Source: Acidimicrobiia bacterium
GTDB lineage: Bacteria; Actinomycetota; Acidimicrobiia; Spongiisociales; ZC4RG35
DNA: 64,000 bases
Direction of reading: 5' to 3'
Assembly (NCBI GenBank): GCA_965203555.1
Contig: CBDBCY010000004.1
Span: 640,001-704,000, forward strand
Shown here: positions 41,508 through 50,815 of the stretch, piece after piece
Layout: each line of letters starts with the position of its first letter
How positions within the stretch are numbered: position 1 is the first letter of the stretch
The notes under the pieces: model-generated
Databases searched by the model: none
What the model was told of the DNA's origin: nothing
Seen by the model: the letters and a program-made list of their open reading frames with translations, nothing else
Made by a program: the position numbers and the translations under genes

Positions 41508-41933
41508 TCACCTCTCTTCACGGTCAGCGAAGGAATGCTCTGCTTCTTTCAGGTGACGCTGGAAGGTAGGACTGCTCCAGACTTCGATCTCCTGATCCAC
41601 TCCCACCACTACCACTTCTCCCCCCGGCTCGATCCCGGCGTGTTCGCGAAGTTCGGACGTGACCATCAGACGGCCCTGGGAATCCATGGACTGCTGGTTG
41701 GCCGCGCCGAAGAACATCAACCGGCGAAACCTTCTGCCTGCAGGGGTTTCGCGGCTGTAACCCTGGCGCACCTCCGCAGCTCGTTGGTTCCAGCCGTCCT
41801 GGGAATAGATCACCAGGTGACCGTCCTGGCCCTTGGTGATCACGCAGGAGGGCGCCAGTTCGCCGCGGAAAGGCTTAGGCAACAACAATCTTCCTTTCTC
41901 GTCGACTGTGCGTTTGGTGGTTCCTAGAAACAT
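41508..41933 (-). CDS. mraZ: transcriptional regulator MraZ
   Basis: MFLG, DEKGRL and DSQGRL repeated motifs, IEVW. Confidence 0.93.
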   Translation of the reverse strand: MFLGTTKRTVDEKGRLLLPKPFRGELAPSCVITKGQDGHLVIYSQDGWNQRAAEVRQGYSRETPAGRRFRRLMFFGAANQQSMDSQGRLMVTSELREHAGIEPGGEVVVVGVDQEIEVWSSPTFQRHLKEAEHSFADREER

Positions 41934-41989
41934 GGGGCTTCGAAGCGGTACGGTCTTTGACTTGTTCAACCATCTTAGCGGGAATCTCC

Positions 41990-42053
41990 ATTATATACCA
42001 CTTTCCTCTACTCCAAGCATCTTTTCCCCCACTTTACTCCACCTTTTCACCAC
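41990..42053 (-). promoter_or_regulatory. dcw promoter with MraZ-binding GTGG repeats
   Basis: Minus-strand GTGG at 42050-53, 42039-42 and 42029-32 (10-11 bp period) and at 41998-42001, next to TATAAT (41990-95). Confidence 0.7.
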
Positions 42054-42233
42054 CGCGCGGCTTTTCGGGCTATAGGAATGTTGTTTTTCCCGCCACTTTG
42101 ACCCACTGCTCATCACCACCGCAGCGGCGGCGGACATTGGCGCCTCCTGGACAGAGCCATTTTCCGATGGGAGTAGTAGGACCTGCCAGCCCCAGCCGAA
42201 CCTTTGGACACGGCCGGGGCTTTCCTCCGGAAG

Positions 42234-42749
42234 CTACGCCGAGTCAGCCAGCAGGTACGGCTTCCACGAGGGGTCGACTCGATAGCCGGAACTTGTGTAC
42301 ACCCACCCAAACCGTCTCGGAGACCGGGGGGAGCGCCGTAGAGCGAAACCCACTTCATTCAATAGACGGTTGCCCTTTTTGATGTTGCACCGGCGACAGC
42401 ACGCCACCACGTTGTCCCAAGTGTGCGCCCCGCCCCGGGAACGAGGCACGACATGGTCGAGACTCTCTGCGGTGGCGCCACAGTACTGACAAATGTTGTC
42501 GTCCCTCCCGAAAACCGCCCGACGGGTGAGAGGGACGGTGCGGTGGTAGGGGACATTCACATAGTAATTCAATCTCACCACCGACGGCACCAGAAAGCTC
42601 TGCTCGGCAGAACGCCAACGCTCTTCCCTCACCTCCACGACGGTTGCCCGATTACGCCACACAAGCACCAGGGCGCGACGACAGCTCACCACCGAGAGAG
42701 GCTCGTACGTCGCGTTGAGAACAAGTGCTTTGGTCATAGTCTGTGCCAC
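42234..42749 (-). CDS. HNH endonuclease (McrA/Rv2469c-like)
   Basis: LVLNATYEPL, RD...CQYCG, LDHVVPRSRGG..WDNVVACCRRCN..KG. Confidence 0.9.
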   Translation of the reverse strand: MAQTMTKALVLNATYEPLSVVSCRRALVLVWRNRATVVEVREERWRSAEQSFLVPSVVRLNYYVNVPYHRTVPLTRRAVFGRDDNICQYCGATAESLDHVVPRSRGGAHTWDNVVACCRRCNIKKGNRLLNEVGFALRRSPRSPRRFGWVYTSSGYRVDPSWKPYLLADSA

Positions 42750-42825
42750 CGAATGTCAGACTAGAAAGCTACATACCCCGCCAAGGCGTCAATTACCTGG
42801 TTGGACACGAGTTAGGGGATGTTGC

Positions 42826-43335
42826 TCAGCTGGCCGCCCAAAACGGGTTGTCCCGGAAGTCCTCGTATACCCGCTGCAGCATCGTGCGGAAGGTCGCCCT
42901 GTTGAACTCGAAGTGCGACGCGTCGTCTTCAACCTCCTCCACCACTTTGCCCATAACCTCGATAAAGACGAACTGTCCGTTGCTCAAGGTGTCAATGATC
43001 GCCTTGCTTTGTGGATGAGGCGCCAGGATCGTGGTTCCAAAAGGATCGGCGAACAACCCCGCCTGGGCCAGATGCTGATCCAGATCACCTTCGCGACGCA
43101 GATACTTCCAGGCCCGCTGGATTCTCTGCAAAGACAGGCCGTTGTCGATCAGGCTCTTGATCACTCGCAAGGCCACCAGATCCTGCAAGTTGTAAATCCT
43201 CCGAACCCCCGGCCGGCCTCCGGTGCCCTTTATGGAAGGCTTGACCAGGGATACCCGATCCCAATATCTCAACTGGTTGTAGCTACAACCTGTGAACCTC
43301 ATCGCCTCCGACGAAGTAAATCCCTCTTCCGGCAT
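42826..43335 (-). CDS. MerR-family regulator (Rv1830-like)
   Basis: TGCSYNQLRYWD...LVKPSI..RRIYNLQDLVALRVIKSLIDNGLSLQRI. Confidence 0.85.
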   Translation of the reverse strand: MPEEGFTSSEAMRFTGCSYNQLRYWDRVSLVKPSIKGTGGRPGVRRIYNLQDLVALRVIKSLIDNGLSLQRIQRAWKYLRREGDLDQHLAQAGLFADPFGTTILAPHPQSKAIIDTLSNGQFVFIEVMGKVVEEVEDDASHFEFNRATFRTMLQRVYEDFRDNPFWAAS

Positions 43336-43366
43336 CCCTTTCACACCTCTTCGGCCCCAGGCCCGC

Positions 43367-43696
43367 TCAGCGGGGCCAGGACCCAAATCCGTTCGCCTTC
43401 GTGTCGCGATTCCCGCGGACACCCTTCCACTGAAGCTTGCTGCGCGCCCTCAGACCCTGAACGAGAAAAGTAGCAGCCACCACCATGACCACAAAGCCCG
43501 CGAGCGCGATCAACAACCGGGAGGTGAAGAAGATCAGCACGACCAGCATGCCTGCCGCCAGAAGCCCGGTGGGGATCACCGTGGCGGCTTTGCTCGAGTA
43601 GAGCAGCCTCTGCTGGTTTCCCTGAGTATCTTCTTCTTCGTAGAAGTGACTCTCGATCTCCTCGAGAATCCGCCGCTCTTCTTCGTTCAAAGGCAC
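43367..43696 (-). CDS. DUF3040 family membrane protein
   Basis: MPLNEEERRILEEIESHFYEE followed by two TM helices. Confidence 0.8.
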   Translation of the reverse strand: MPLNEEERRILEEIESHFYEEEDTQGNQQRLLYSSKAATVIPTGLLAAGMLVVLIFFTSRLLIALAGFVVMVVAATFLVQGLRARSKLQWKGVRGNRDTKANGFGSWPR

Positions 43697-43766
43697 TTTG
43701 GCCCAACCCTCCGGTACAACCGCTTCCGCTTATCAGTATATGGCCTCTCCGTACCCATTAGAGCCG

Positions 43767-44969
43767 TCATTGCCGGTTACTTTCATCAGCGACAGGTCTT
43801 AGCCGAGCCGGAAGCACCGCTTCGAATCCAAACCTGCGACGGAGACGGAACACCTCTTCCTCCAGCTTCTCCCATCGGTTCCCCCCATCCAAGTCCAGTT
43901 GCGGCAGGGCCGAGCCGTAGCTCAACCCTGCGGCCGAGATTCCCAGCAGGCGCACCCCTTTCCCGTCGAGACCCGCGCGATTGGCCAGATCCAACACCTC
44001 ACGATAGATGTCGATCGCCAGCCGGGTGGGGGTCTCTCTGGTATGGGATCTGGTGATCGTGGAGAAATCACTAAATCTCACCTTGAGAGTGATAGTTGAT
44101 GTCCAGGCTTGTGCATCCTGGAGTCGATCAGCCAGCCGTTCAGCTTGCCCTCTAAGTTTTACTTCCACTTCAGCACGACGGTGAAGGTCCTGTTCAAAGG
44201 TGTTTTCCACCGACAACGACACTCCAACAGAACGAGTCACTATGGGTCGAGGGTCGATCCCCGCCGCCAATCGCGTCAGATGCTCTGCCATAGCATTTCC
44301 CAATACCGGTTTCAGATGGTCCACAGGTATCTCAGCCAACTCCCCCACCGTGCGGATTCCCAGTCCTTTGAGCCGACGGGCAGTGGCCTCCCCCACTCCC
44401 CACAACCTCCGCACCGAAAGACTGTGAAGAAAATCCAGGCTCTCTTCGGAGCAAATGTACCGAAGGCCGTCGGGTTTGGCGTCTTCAGAGGCCAACTTGG
44501 CCAGAGTCTTGTTGACCGCGATCCCCACCGAAGCCGGCAGCCCCACTTGCCGGCGTATCTCTTCGCGCAGGACCCTCCCCACCTCGGTGACTGTCCGATA
44601 GTGGTGACGAAGGCCCGAGACATCGAGGAAAGCCTCGTCCACCGATAGCTTTTCCACCAGGGGTGTGAACGAAGAGAACACTTCGAACACTTCTTCCGAG
44701 ACACGTCCGTACAGGACATGATCTGCGGGAACCGTCAGCAACCCGGGGCACAGACGCCGAGCCTGGGCAACCGCCATCGCCGAACGAACTCCGTACCGGC
44801 GGGCCTCGTAGGATGCAGACGCCACCACCCCTCTTCGTCCGGTTCCTCCTACTGCCACCGCCTGTCCCACGAGTTCGGGATGGCGGCGACGCTCGACCTC
44901 CACGAAGAAGGCATCCATGTCCACATGGAGGATCGGTTCGGCGAATGCGGGGCGGATCATCCTCATCAC
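43767..44969 (-). CDS. dinB: DNA polymerase IV
   Basis: ILHVDMDAFF, ASYEAR, LSVDEAF, KLASEDAKPDG, VRLLG. Confidence 0.95.
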   Translation of the reverse strand: MMRMIRPAFAEPILHVDMDAFFVEVERRRHPELVGQAVAVGGTGRRGVVASASYEARRYGVRSAMAVAQARRLCPGLLTVPADHVLYGRVSEEVFEVFSSFTPLVEKLSVDEAFLDVSGLRHHYRTVTEVGRVLREEIRRQVGLPASVGIAVNKTLAKLASEDAKPDGLRYICSEESLDFLHSLSVRRLWGVGEATARRLKGLGIRTVGELAEIPVDHLKPVLGNAMAEHLTRLAAGIDPRPIVTRSVGVSLSVENTFEQDLHRRAEVEVKLRGQAERLADRLQDAQAWTSTITLKVRFSDFSTITRSHTRETPTRLAIDIYREVLDLANRAGLDGKGVRLLGISAAGLSYGSALPQLDLDGGNRWEKLEEEVFRLRRRFGFEAVLPARLRPVADESNRQ

Positions 44970-44994
44970 AGTACCCGATAAGCTGAGACGTAAT

Positions 44995-45597
44995 ATGGCC
45001 GAACTCGTTCATTTGGTGCGCCATGGCGAAGTCCACAATCCCCAGCACTTGGTTTATGCCTCACTGCCCGGATTCAGGCTGAGTCCCCGTGGTGTTCGCC
45101 AAACGCGGCAGGCTGCCCGGTACCTGGCTCGCCGACCCATTGCGGCGGTGTGGTCCTCACCGCTGACCAGGGCCCTGGAGACCGCAGAAAACCTCACGGC
45201 ACCTCACCGGGTGCAGGTGCAGGTGCTTTCCGACTTGGTGGAATGGAAACTCTTGGATCGATGGGCAGGTCACCGATGGGAACAGATACCCACGCTCTTT
45301 CCCGGGGAGGTCGAGGCCTATCTACGGCATCCCTCCGACCTGAGTTTCGCTCCCGAAACCCTGGCGGAACTGGCTGAGAGAATTGCGAACGCAGTTCAGA
45401 AAGTGGCGGCCTCCACCTGCGGAGGAGAGGTGGTGGTAGTAGGTCACCAGGACCCCATCCAAGCGGGGCGGTTGGCTTTGACCGGCCAGCCCCCTCACCG
45501 GTTGTTCCAGGATCGACCTGAACACTGCTCGGTGATCACCCTCCGTCCGGGGAATTCCTGGACGGAGATCGGAAAATGGGATCCGCCTAGCCGATAA
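44995..45597 (+). CDS. histidine phosphatase family protein
   Basis: [29 protein letters not shown]. Confidence 0.88.
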   Translation: MAELVHLVRHGEVHNPQHLVYASLPGFRLSPRGVRQTRQAARYLARRPIAAVWSSPLTRALETAENLTAPHRVQVQVLSDLVEWKLLDRWAGHRWEQIPTLFPGEVEAYLRHPSDLSFAPETLAELAERIANAVQKVAASTCGGEVVVVGHQDPIQAGRLALTGQPPHRLFQDRPEHCSVITLRPGNSWTEIGKWDPPSR

Positions 45598-47650
45598 AGG
45601 CGTCGGCAAAGATCAAGGAGACGATCGTCATCACCTTGATCACGATGTTCATCGCCGGCCCCGAGGTGTCCTTGAAGGGATCACCCACCGTATCGCCGAT
45701 CACCGCCGCTTTATGAGCATCAGAGCCTTTTCCGCCCCGCGCTCCCGCCTCGATGTGCTTCTTGGCGTTGTCCCAGGCGCCCCCGGCGTTGGCCATGTAG
45801 ATGGCCAGCAGGAAACCGGTTACCAGCGCTCCAGCCAGAAAGCCACCCAGGGCGGAGGTGGAGATGAACCCGATTACCAGCGGCAAGGCCACCGCCAGCA
45901 CTCCGGGGAGCACCATCTCGCGCAGCGCCCCGCCGGTGGCGATGTCCACGCACCGGGCGTACTCGGCCCGAGCTTCCGGGCGCCCTTCTCTCAATCCCGG
46001 AATCTCCCGGAATTGGCGGCGTACCTCCTCGATCATGGTGAACGCCGCACGTCCCACCGCCGAGATGGTCAGGGCGGCGAACAGGAACGGGAACATCCCG
46101 CCCAGGAACAATCCGACGGTCACCTCGACGGAGACGATGTTGATCACATCCAGGCCCACCGCCTGCGTGAAGGTGGCGAACAACGCCAAGGCGGTGACCG
46201 CTGCCGAGCCGATGGCGAATCCCTTGGCAACGGCTGCGGTGGTGTTGCCCAGTGAATCCAGCGCATCGGTGGTCTCCCGGACTTCGGGAGGCAGATGGGC
46301 CATCTCGGCTATCCCCCCGGCGTTGTCGGCGATCGGACCATACGCGTCCACCGCGATGGTGATGCCCAAAGTGGCCAGCACCCCGATGGCCGCCACGGCC
46401 ACGCCGTAGATCCCTCCGACATCACCCAGTGCCCACTCTCCCGCCGCATACGCTCCTCCGATGCCGGCCGCAACCACCAGCACCGAATATGCCGCCGACT
46501 TCTTTCCCACCGCCACTCCGGCCAGCACCACGGTGGCCGGGCCGGTCTCAGCCTGCTGCGCGATGTCCTTCACCGCCCGGTAGTGGTCGGAGGTGTATAT
46601 CTCGGAGATTTTTCCGATCACAAAGCCCACGGCCAAGCCGATCACCACCGCCACCCACAAACCGAGAGGCCGAACGTCGGAGTTGCCTCCGAAGATCCAA
46701 AAAGAGACGCCCAGGATCCCCAACGCAGCCAACACCATGGAGGTGTTGGTTCCCCGATGCAGGGCCGAAGCCAGATCGGAAGCGCTTTTGGGCTTGACGA
46801 AGAAGGAACCGATTATGGACGCCAGCATGCCCACGGTCCCCACCGCCAGGGGAAAGACGATGGCCTCCAACTGGTAGGAGGCGTTGGCGAAAGCCAATGC
46901 GGCAAAGGCGATGGGCGCCACCAGCGATCCCACGTAGGACTCGAAGAGATCGGCGCCCATCCCCGCCACATCCCCGACGTTGTCTCCCACGTTGTCGGCG
47001 ATCACCGCCGGATTGCGAGGGTCGTCCTCGGGAATTCCCGCCTCGACTTTGCCCACCAGGTCTGCACCGACATCGGCCGCCTTGGTATAGATCCCCCCTC
47101 CGACGCGAGCAAACAGAGCGATCGACGATCCTCCCAAGCCGATAGCGGCCACGATTTCCACTCCACGGCCAAGATCCAGTCCCCCCACTTCCACAAACAC
47201 CAGATAGCCCAGCGCCACTCCCGCCAGACCCAGACCGGCCACCGTGAAACCCATCACGGCGCCGCCCCGAAAGGCAAGAGGCAATGCCCGCTGGACACCA
47301 CCCAGACGGGCCGCTTCGGCGGTGCGGGAATTGGCGGCGGTGGCAACTCTCATTCCCACAAAGCCGGCGGTGGCGGAGAGAGCCGCCCCGAACAGGTAGG
47401 CGATCGCCCGCAACCATCCGTCGTCCAGCACCAAGCCGATCAGGACAAACATGGCCAGCACAAATACCCCCAGCCATCGATACTCTCGCCGCAGGAAAGC
47501 CATCGCCCCCTCCCGGATGGCGCCGGCAATCTCCCGCATCCGGTCGTTCCCCATCGGAGCAGCCAGCACCTGCCGGGTGAACCACACCGCCAACAACAAC
47601 GCCGCCAGGGCCAGAACCAGGGCTGCGATCAAAAAGAATGACTGATCCAT
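45587..47650 (-). CDS. hppA: membrane pyrophosphatase, predicted K+-dependent Na+-pumping type
   Basis: [43 protein letters not shown]. Confidence 0.95.
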   Translation of the reverse strand: MDQSFFLIAALVLALAALLLAVWFTRQVLAAPMGNDRMREIAGAIREGAMAFLRREYRWLGVFVLAMFVLIGLVLDDGWLRAIAYLFGAALSATAGFVGMRVATAANSRTAEAARLGGVQRALPLAFRGGAVMGFTVAGLGLAGVALGYLVFVEVGGLDLGRGVEIVAAIGLGGSSIALFARVGGGIYTKAADVGADLVGKVEAGIPEDDPRNPAVIADNVGDNVGDVAGMGADLFESYVGSLVAPIAFAALAFANASYQLEAIVFPLAVGTVGMLASIIGSFFVKPKSASDLASALHRGTNTSMVLAALGILGVSFWIFGGNSDVRPLGLWVAVVIGLAVGFVIGKISEIYTSDHYRAVKDIAQQAETGPATVVLAGVAVGKKSAAYSVLVVAAGIGGAYAAGEWALGDVGGIYGVAVAAIGVLATLGITIAVDAYGPIADNAGGIAEMAHLPPEVRETTDALDSLGNTTAAVAKGFAIGSAAVTALALFATFTQAVGLDVINIVSVEVTVGLFLGGMFPFLFAALTISAVGRAAFTMIEEVRRQFREIPGLREGRPEARAEYARCVDIATGGALREMVLPGVLAVALPLVIGFISTSALGGFLAGALVTGFLLAIYMANAGGAWDNAKKHIEAGARGGKGSDAHKAAVIGDTVGDPFKDTSGPAMNIVIKVMTIVSLIFADAFIG

Positions 47651-47807
47651 CAGGGGAACTACCTCTCTCTTGCGGGGGACCGGGCAGTCCCCTCCAACAC
47701 CGGAATCCAGTTTAGAAAGAGAGAGCCCGATCCTCTGTTTTCGACTCTTCTCAACCCAACGGAATGCCCATTAGGGCGTGTTGACGCTTTTGGGGTGGCG
47801 GACTGTT

Positions 47808-49022
47808 TCATTTTCGTTGTTTGATCGGGCGTCGGCGCGTGGGTCGGCGTCGGCGGTTCCGGTACTTAGGTCGGGGTGGGCGTCCCCATTGGGTGGGTGG
47901 TGGGCGGAGCCGGTAGGCGCCGGTTGTAGTGCGTTCAACCTGCCAGTCATTGTCGTGGACCTTGTGGTGGCATCTGCTGCACAGAAGACACATGTTGTCC
48001 AGGTTCGTGAGACCCCCGTCTTGCCAGTGGACGATGTGATGCGCCTGGCACCAGGAGGCCTTGGCGCCGCACCCCACACAGTGTTTGTCCCGGGCGACCA
48101 GCGCGGCCCGCTGGGAACCGCTGGCCGTCCGCCGGGCCCGTCCCACATCCAACGGCACCGACGAACCCGCAAAGACCGCCGGGAGGACCTGAGCGTCACA
48201 GGCCAACTGCCGCAGGGTACGGGCGGGCAGGGGGGTTCCGTTCTCCAGGCGAGGGTTGCCCAACTGTTGGCTGACCGCGTCATAGTCGGCGATCAACAAC
48301 AGGCGCACCCCCTGGGAACGACCGTCCCCTTCCCGAGTAAGGAGCTTGGCTATGGCGTCGGCCATCCGCTGACCCGCAGTAGCCCGATTCCTGGGATCTT
48401 CCTTGTGCCAGAGTTGGTTCATCATGTGAGACACCGCCGTCTCGACCCGGGCGCCGGTGACCGGGTCGAACCTCCCATAAAGAACGGTCATTCCGTCGTC
48501 CTGGTCGGTGGTGATCTTCGCGAACCGGCGGGAACGCTGATGCTCCAACTTCGACACACCATCATCTTGGGAGCGTTGTTGTTCGTGTTTGCGTACCGTC
48601 CGGGCGAACTTGTCAGGAGACTGGGAACGGGCACCGTCCAACAACTCGTCCTCGACAATGGCTCCCCTCTGATTGGCACCCGCCAAAATACGGGCGTTGT
48701 CAGCAGAGATCTCTCCCTTTAGGAAACCCTCCCGTGTCTTGGGCAGCTCCTCCAACCCCCGGGCGGTCTCCACCTCCGACCGGGCCTTCCGACGGCCCAA
48801 CAGCCCGTCCTCCCGCAAAATCGTTTCCACCTTCTCCGTTCCCTGGCGGCGGCGCAACTCCGACACCGCCTCAGCGCGGACCGCGGCGGCCTGGTTCTGG
48901 ACACAGATGGTGGACTGTATACGCTGTTTCAGTTCTTCAACCGACGCCTCCACCACCGGCATGGTGGGCGCCAGCAACTTGGCCAGGTTGGCGGACCGCC
49001 GACTGTCGACTGCTTGTTTCAT
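47808..49022 (-). CDS. DUF222 + HNH nuclease (REP13E12-like)
   Basis: GEISADNA, QRMADAI, LACDA, PLDVGRARR, RDKHCVGC..CQAHHIVHWQDGGLTNLDNMCLLCSRCHHKVH. Confidence 0.9.
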   Translation of the reverse strand: MKQAVDSRRSANLAKLLAPTMPVVEASVEELKQRIQSTICVQNQAAAVRAEAVSELRRRQGTEKVETILREDGLLGRRKARSEVETARGLEELPKTREGFLKGEISADNARILAGANQRGAIVEDELLDGARSQSPDKFARTVRKHEQQRSQDDGVSKLEHQRSRRFAKITTDQDDGMTVLYGRFDPVTGARVETAVSHMMNQLWHKEDPRNRATAGQRMADAIAKLLTREGDGRSQGVRLLLIADYDAVSQQLGNPRLENGTPLPARTLRQLACDAQVLPAVFAGSSVPLDVGRARRTASGSQRAALVARDKHCVGCGAKASWCQAHHIVHWQDGGLTNLDNMCLLCSRCHHKVHDNDWQVERTTTGAYRLRPPPTQWGRPPRPKYRNRRRRPTRRRPIKQRK

Positions 49023-49028
49023 GTGTAC

Positions 49029-49050
49029 AGTATGCAAAAGGGGTGTGACA
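49029..49050 (-). promoter_or_regulatory. RecA-NDp/PafBC-like leaderless promoter of the HNH gene
   Basis: TGTCAC-N10-CATACT-N6-ATG. Confidence 0.55.
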
Positions 49051-49441
49051 AAACATCGTGCATATCACTAAATTGTGAAAACAAACACTAAAACTTTCGC
49101 AACATCCACCTCATAGCTCGGTCGCTATCGAAAACACCCGACCCACGAGCGCTTGGTGACAGAAACCGGCCTCCCGGCCGGTCCACGTTCCTCGCTCTCA
49201 TCACCTCCACCTCATCAGCGGCACCCTACATAATGTGAACACGCCCTGTCACCCTTAGAGGGCCGCGCGGTTAGGGAGATCGCGATTGCCGCCCTCCAGC
49301 ACCCTGAACCATGCCTGTTCCGCAAAATACCTGGTCAACATCATGAACCGTCAAACCCCCCAAAGACTACGTTTTCGCAGGTCAGCACCTACCCACGCGA
49401 CCCCTAAGGATATGTCCAGATCGGGGCAGGGTAGCGCCGTC

Positions 49442-49463
49442 TGTCACACCCTCTTGCCATCCT
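49442..49463 (+). promoter_or_regulatory. second TGTCACACCC-type promoter, upstream of the lipoprotein gene
   Basis: TGTCAC-N10-CATCCT, same architecture as 49029-49050. Confidence 0.45.
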
Positions 49464-49563
49464 GTCAGGGTGTAAAAGAAGAGAGAGCAAAACAGGCTGG
49501 ATCACCATTAGGAGGTGGCGTGGTATCCGATGGGCGACCACGCTCCCAAGGAAGGAGCAGACC

Positions 49564-50190
49564 ATGAAGAAGCTACTGATAGTTGCCGCTCTTGCGGCCG
49601 CTGCTCTAGTCGGCGCTTGTGTCGAGGCGGATTCGCAGGACGCTTCAAGCAATGCAGTTGATCAGGACACGATCTCAAGCGAAACACCAACAACGACCAC
49701 GAGGCAAACGACGACGACCACCTCGCCGTATCTCATAAGAAACGGGTTGAAGATATGGACTCATTCCACCGAACGGTCACCGATCCCAATGCGGGAATTC
49801 GGCATCGTGGGCTACTGGCAAGTGGAAGTGCTCAGTGTCGTTGACAATGCCACACGCACTGTGCTGAGTGAGAACCAATTCAATGAGGCACCCCCTTCTG
49901 GCTGGAGGTACGCCCTGGTACAGGTAAGGTTGACAAACATAGATGAGGAGTTCCGCACTCCATGGCTGGAAGTTGATTTCAGCGCTTTGGCGAACGACGG
50001 AAAAGTGGGAACCGAGTGCAGTGAGGTCATTCCAGGCGAAGTGGACACTCTGCAAGAGATTCCGCCCGGGGGCAGCATTCAAGGTAATGTCTGCGTGGTA
50101 GTTCCTGCCGGTCAGTCCTTCCTGCTGATCACCGGTGGAGATGATATCTGGACGGATGTCGCGCCGAATCAATTCCATTCAACTCGCTGA
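49564..50190 (+). CDS. lipoprotein with a Thr-rich linker and DUF4352-like beta domain
   Basis: RBS AAGGAG, signal peptide with lipobox VGAC, PPGGSIQGNVCVVVP. Confidence 0.75.
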   Translation: MKKLLIVAALAAAALVGACVEADSQDASSNAVDQDTISSETPTTTTRQTTTTTSPYLIRNGLKIWTHSTERSPIPMREFGIVGYWQVEVLSVVDNATRTVLSENQFNEAPPSGWRYALVQVRLTNIDEEFRTPWLEVDFSALANDGKVGTECSEVIPGEVDTLQEIPPGGSIQGNVCVVVPAGQSFLLITGGDDIWTDVAPNQFHSTR

Positions 50191-50214
50191 CGAAGACTCG
50201 GCAATGGCAGGTTA

Positions 50215-50623
50215 TATCAGGCTCGATCCGGACTGACCCACCCTGGTCTTGCTGCGTCTGTGGATCACGCCAAGACGGTTGCTGCCCTGCTTACTGCAAG
50301 CGGGATCAAGGCCCGTGCAGTCAGCGGCTTACACCGGGGCAGCTGTCCGTCGTCGTGTGGTTAATGAGTTTCGAGAGGGAGAAGTGAAGGCACTCGTCAA
50401 CTATGCGGTGTTCCGGGAAGGGTTCGACGCTCCCAAGACTCGAGCTATCATCGTCGCCCGCCCGGTCTACAGTCCGAACCTCTACTTCCAGATGATCGGC
50501 CGGGGGCTGCGAGGAGTCGCCAACGGCGGCTATGACCGGTGTTTGATCCTCAACGTCGAGGACAATATCGAGAACTTCGAGGGGAGGCTCGCCTTCACAG
50601 AGCTCGAATGGCTTTGGGACTGA
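50215..50623 (+). pseudogene. C-terminal fragment of an SF2 DEAD/DEAH (Res-like) helicase
   Basis: SVDHAKTVAALL (other frame), LVNYAVFREGFDAP, YFQMIGRGLRG; no N-terminal ATPase domain. Confidence 0.8.
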
Positions 50624-50644
50624 CACAGAAACCTTGACGGAAGC

Positions 50645-50780
50645 GCAAGACTTCAGAACCCCGATAGGACCCGCCGTGTCTCGTCTGCTCTGTTTGCTTT
50701 CCGTCCCGAGGGAAAGCCTGCCAGCCTAACTGCAAGCGCGAGTCTTCACGTATTGCGGGAGGAATTAGGTCACGCAATAT
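50645..50780 (-). ncRNA. structured non-coding element, possibly an orphan IS110-type left end
   Basis: TATTGCG-N15-CGCAATA hairpin, closing stem AAGACT/AGTCTT, inner GCTTTCC/GGAAAGC hairpin. Confidence 0.3.
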
Positions 50781-50815
50781 AGGAGGAAATGGGTCACGCA
50801 ACGCTGCCGGCGGAT

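Larger units (their letters stand above)
47773..49247. mobile_element. non-autonomous element bounded by terminal inverted repeats, carrying a DUF222-HNH gene
   Basis: AGGGCGTGTTGAC (47773-85) vs GTGAACACGCCCT (49235-47), 12/13 inverted match; no transposase inside. Confidence 0.55.

Noticed and set aside
50192-50747. 9-bp inverted repeat GAAGACTCG flanking the helicase fragment
   Set aside because: Too short, no target duplication, and a near-identical word occurs internally (~50436), so chance is likely
50700-50775. c-di-AMP (ydaO) or c-di-GMP riboswitch-like CCTGCCAGCCTAAC; attC-like GCCTAAC
   Set aside because: The 5' riboswitch core motifs are absent, there is no downstream same-strand gene, and there is no matching GTTRRRY end or integrase
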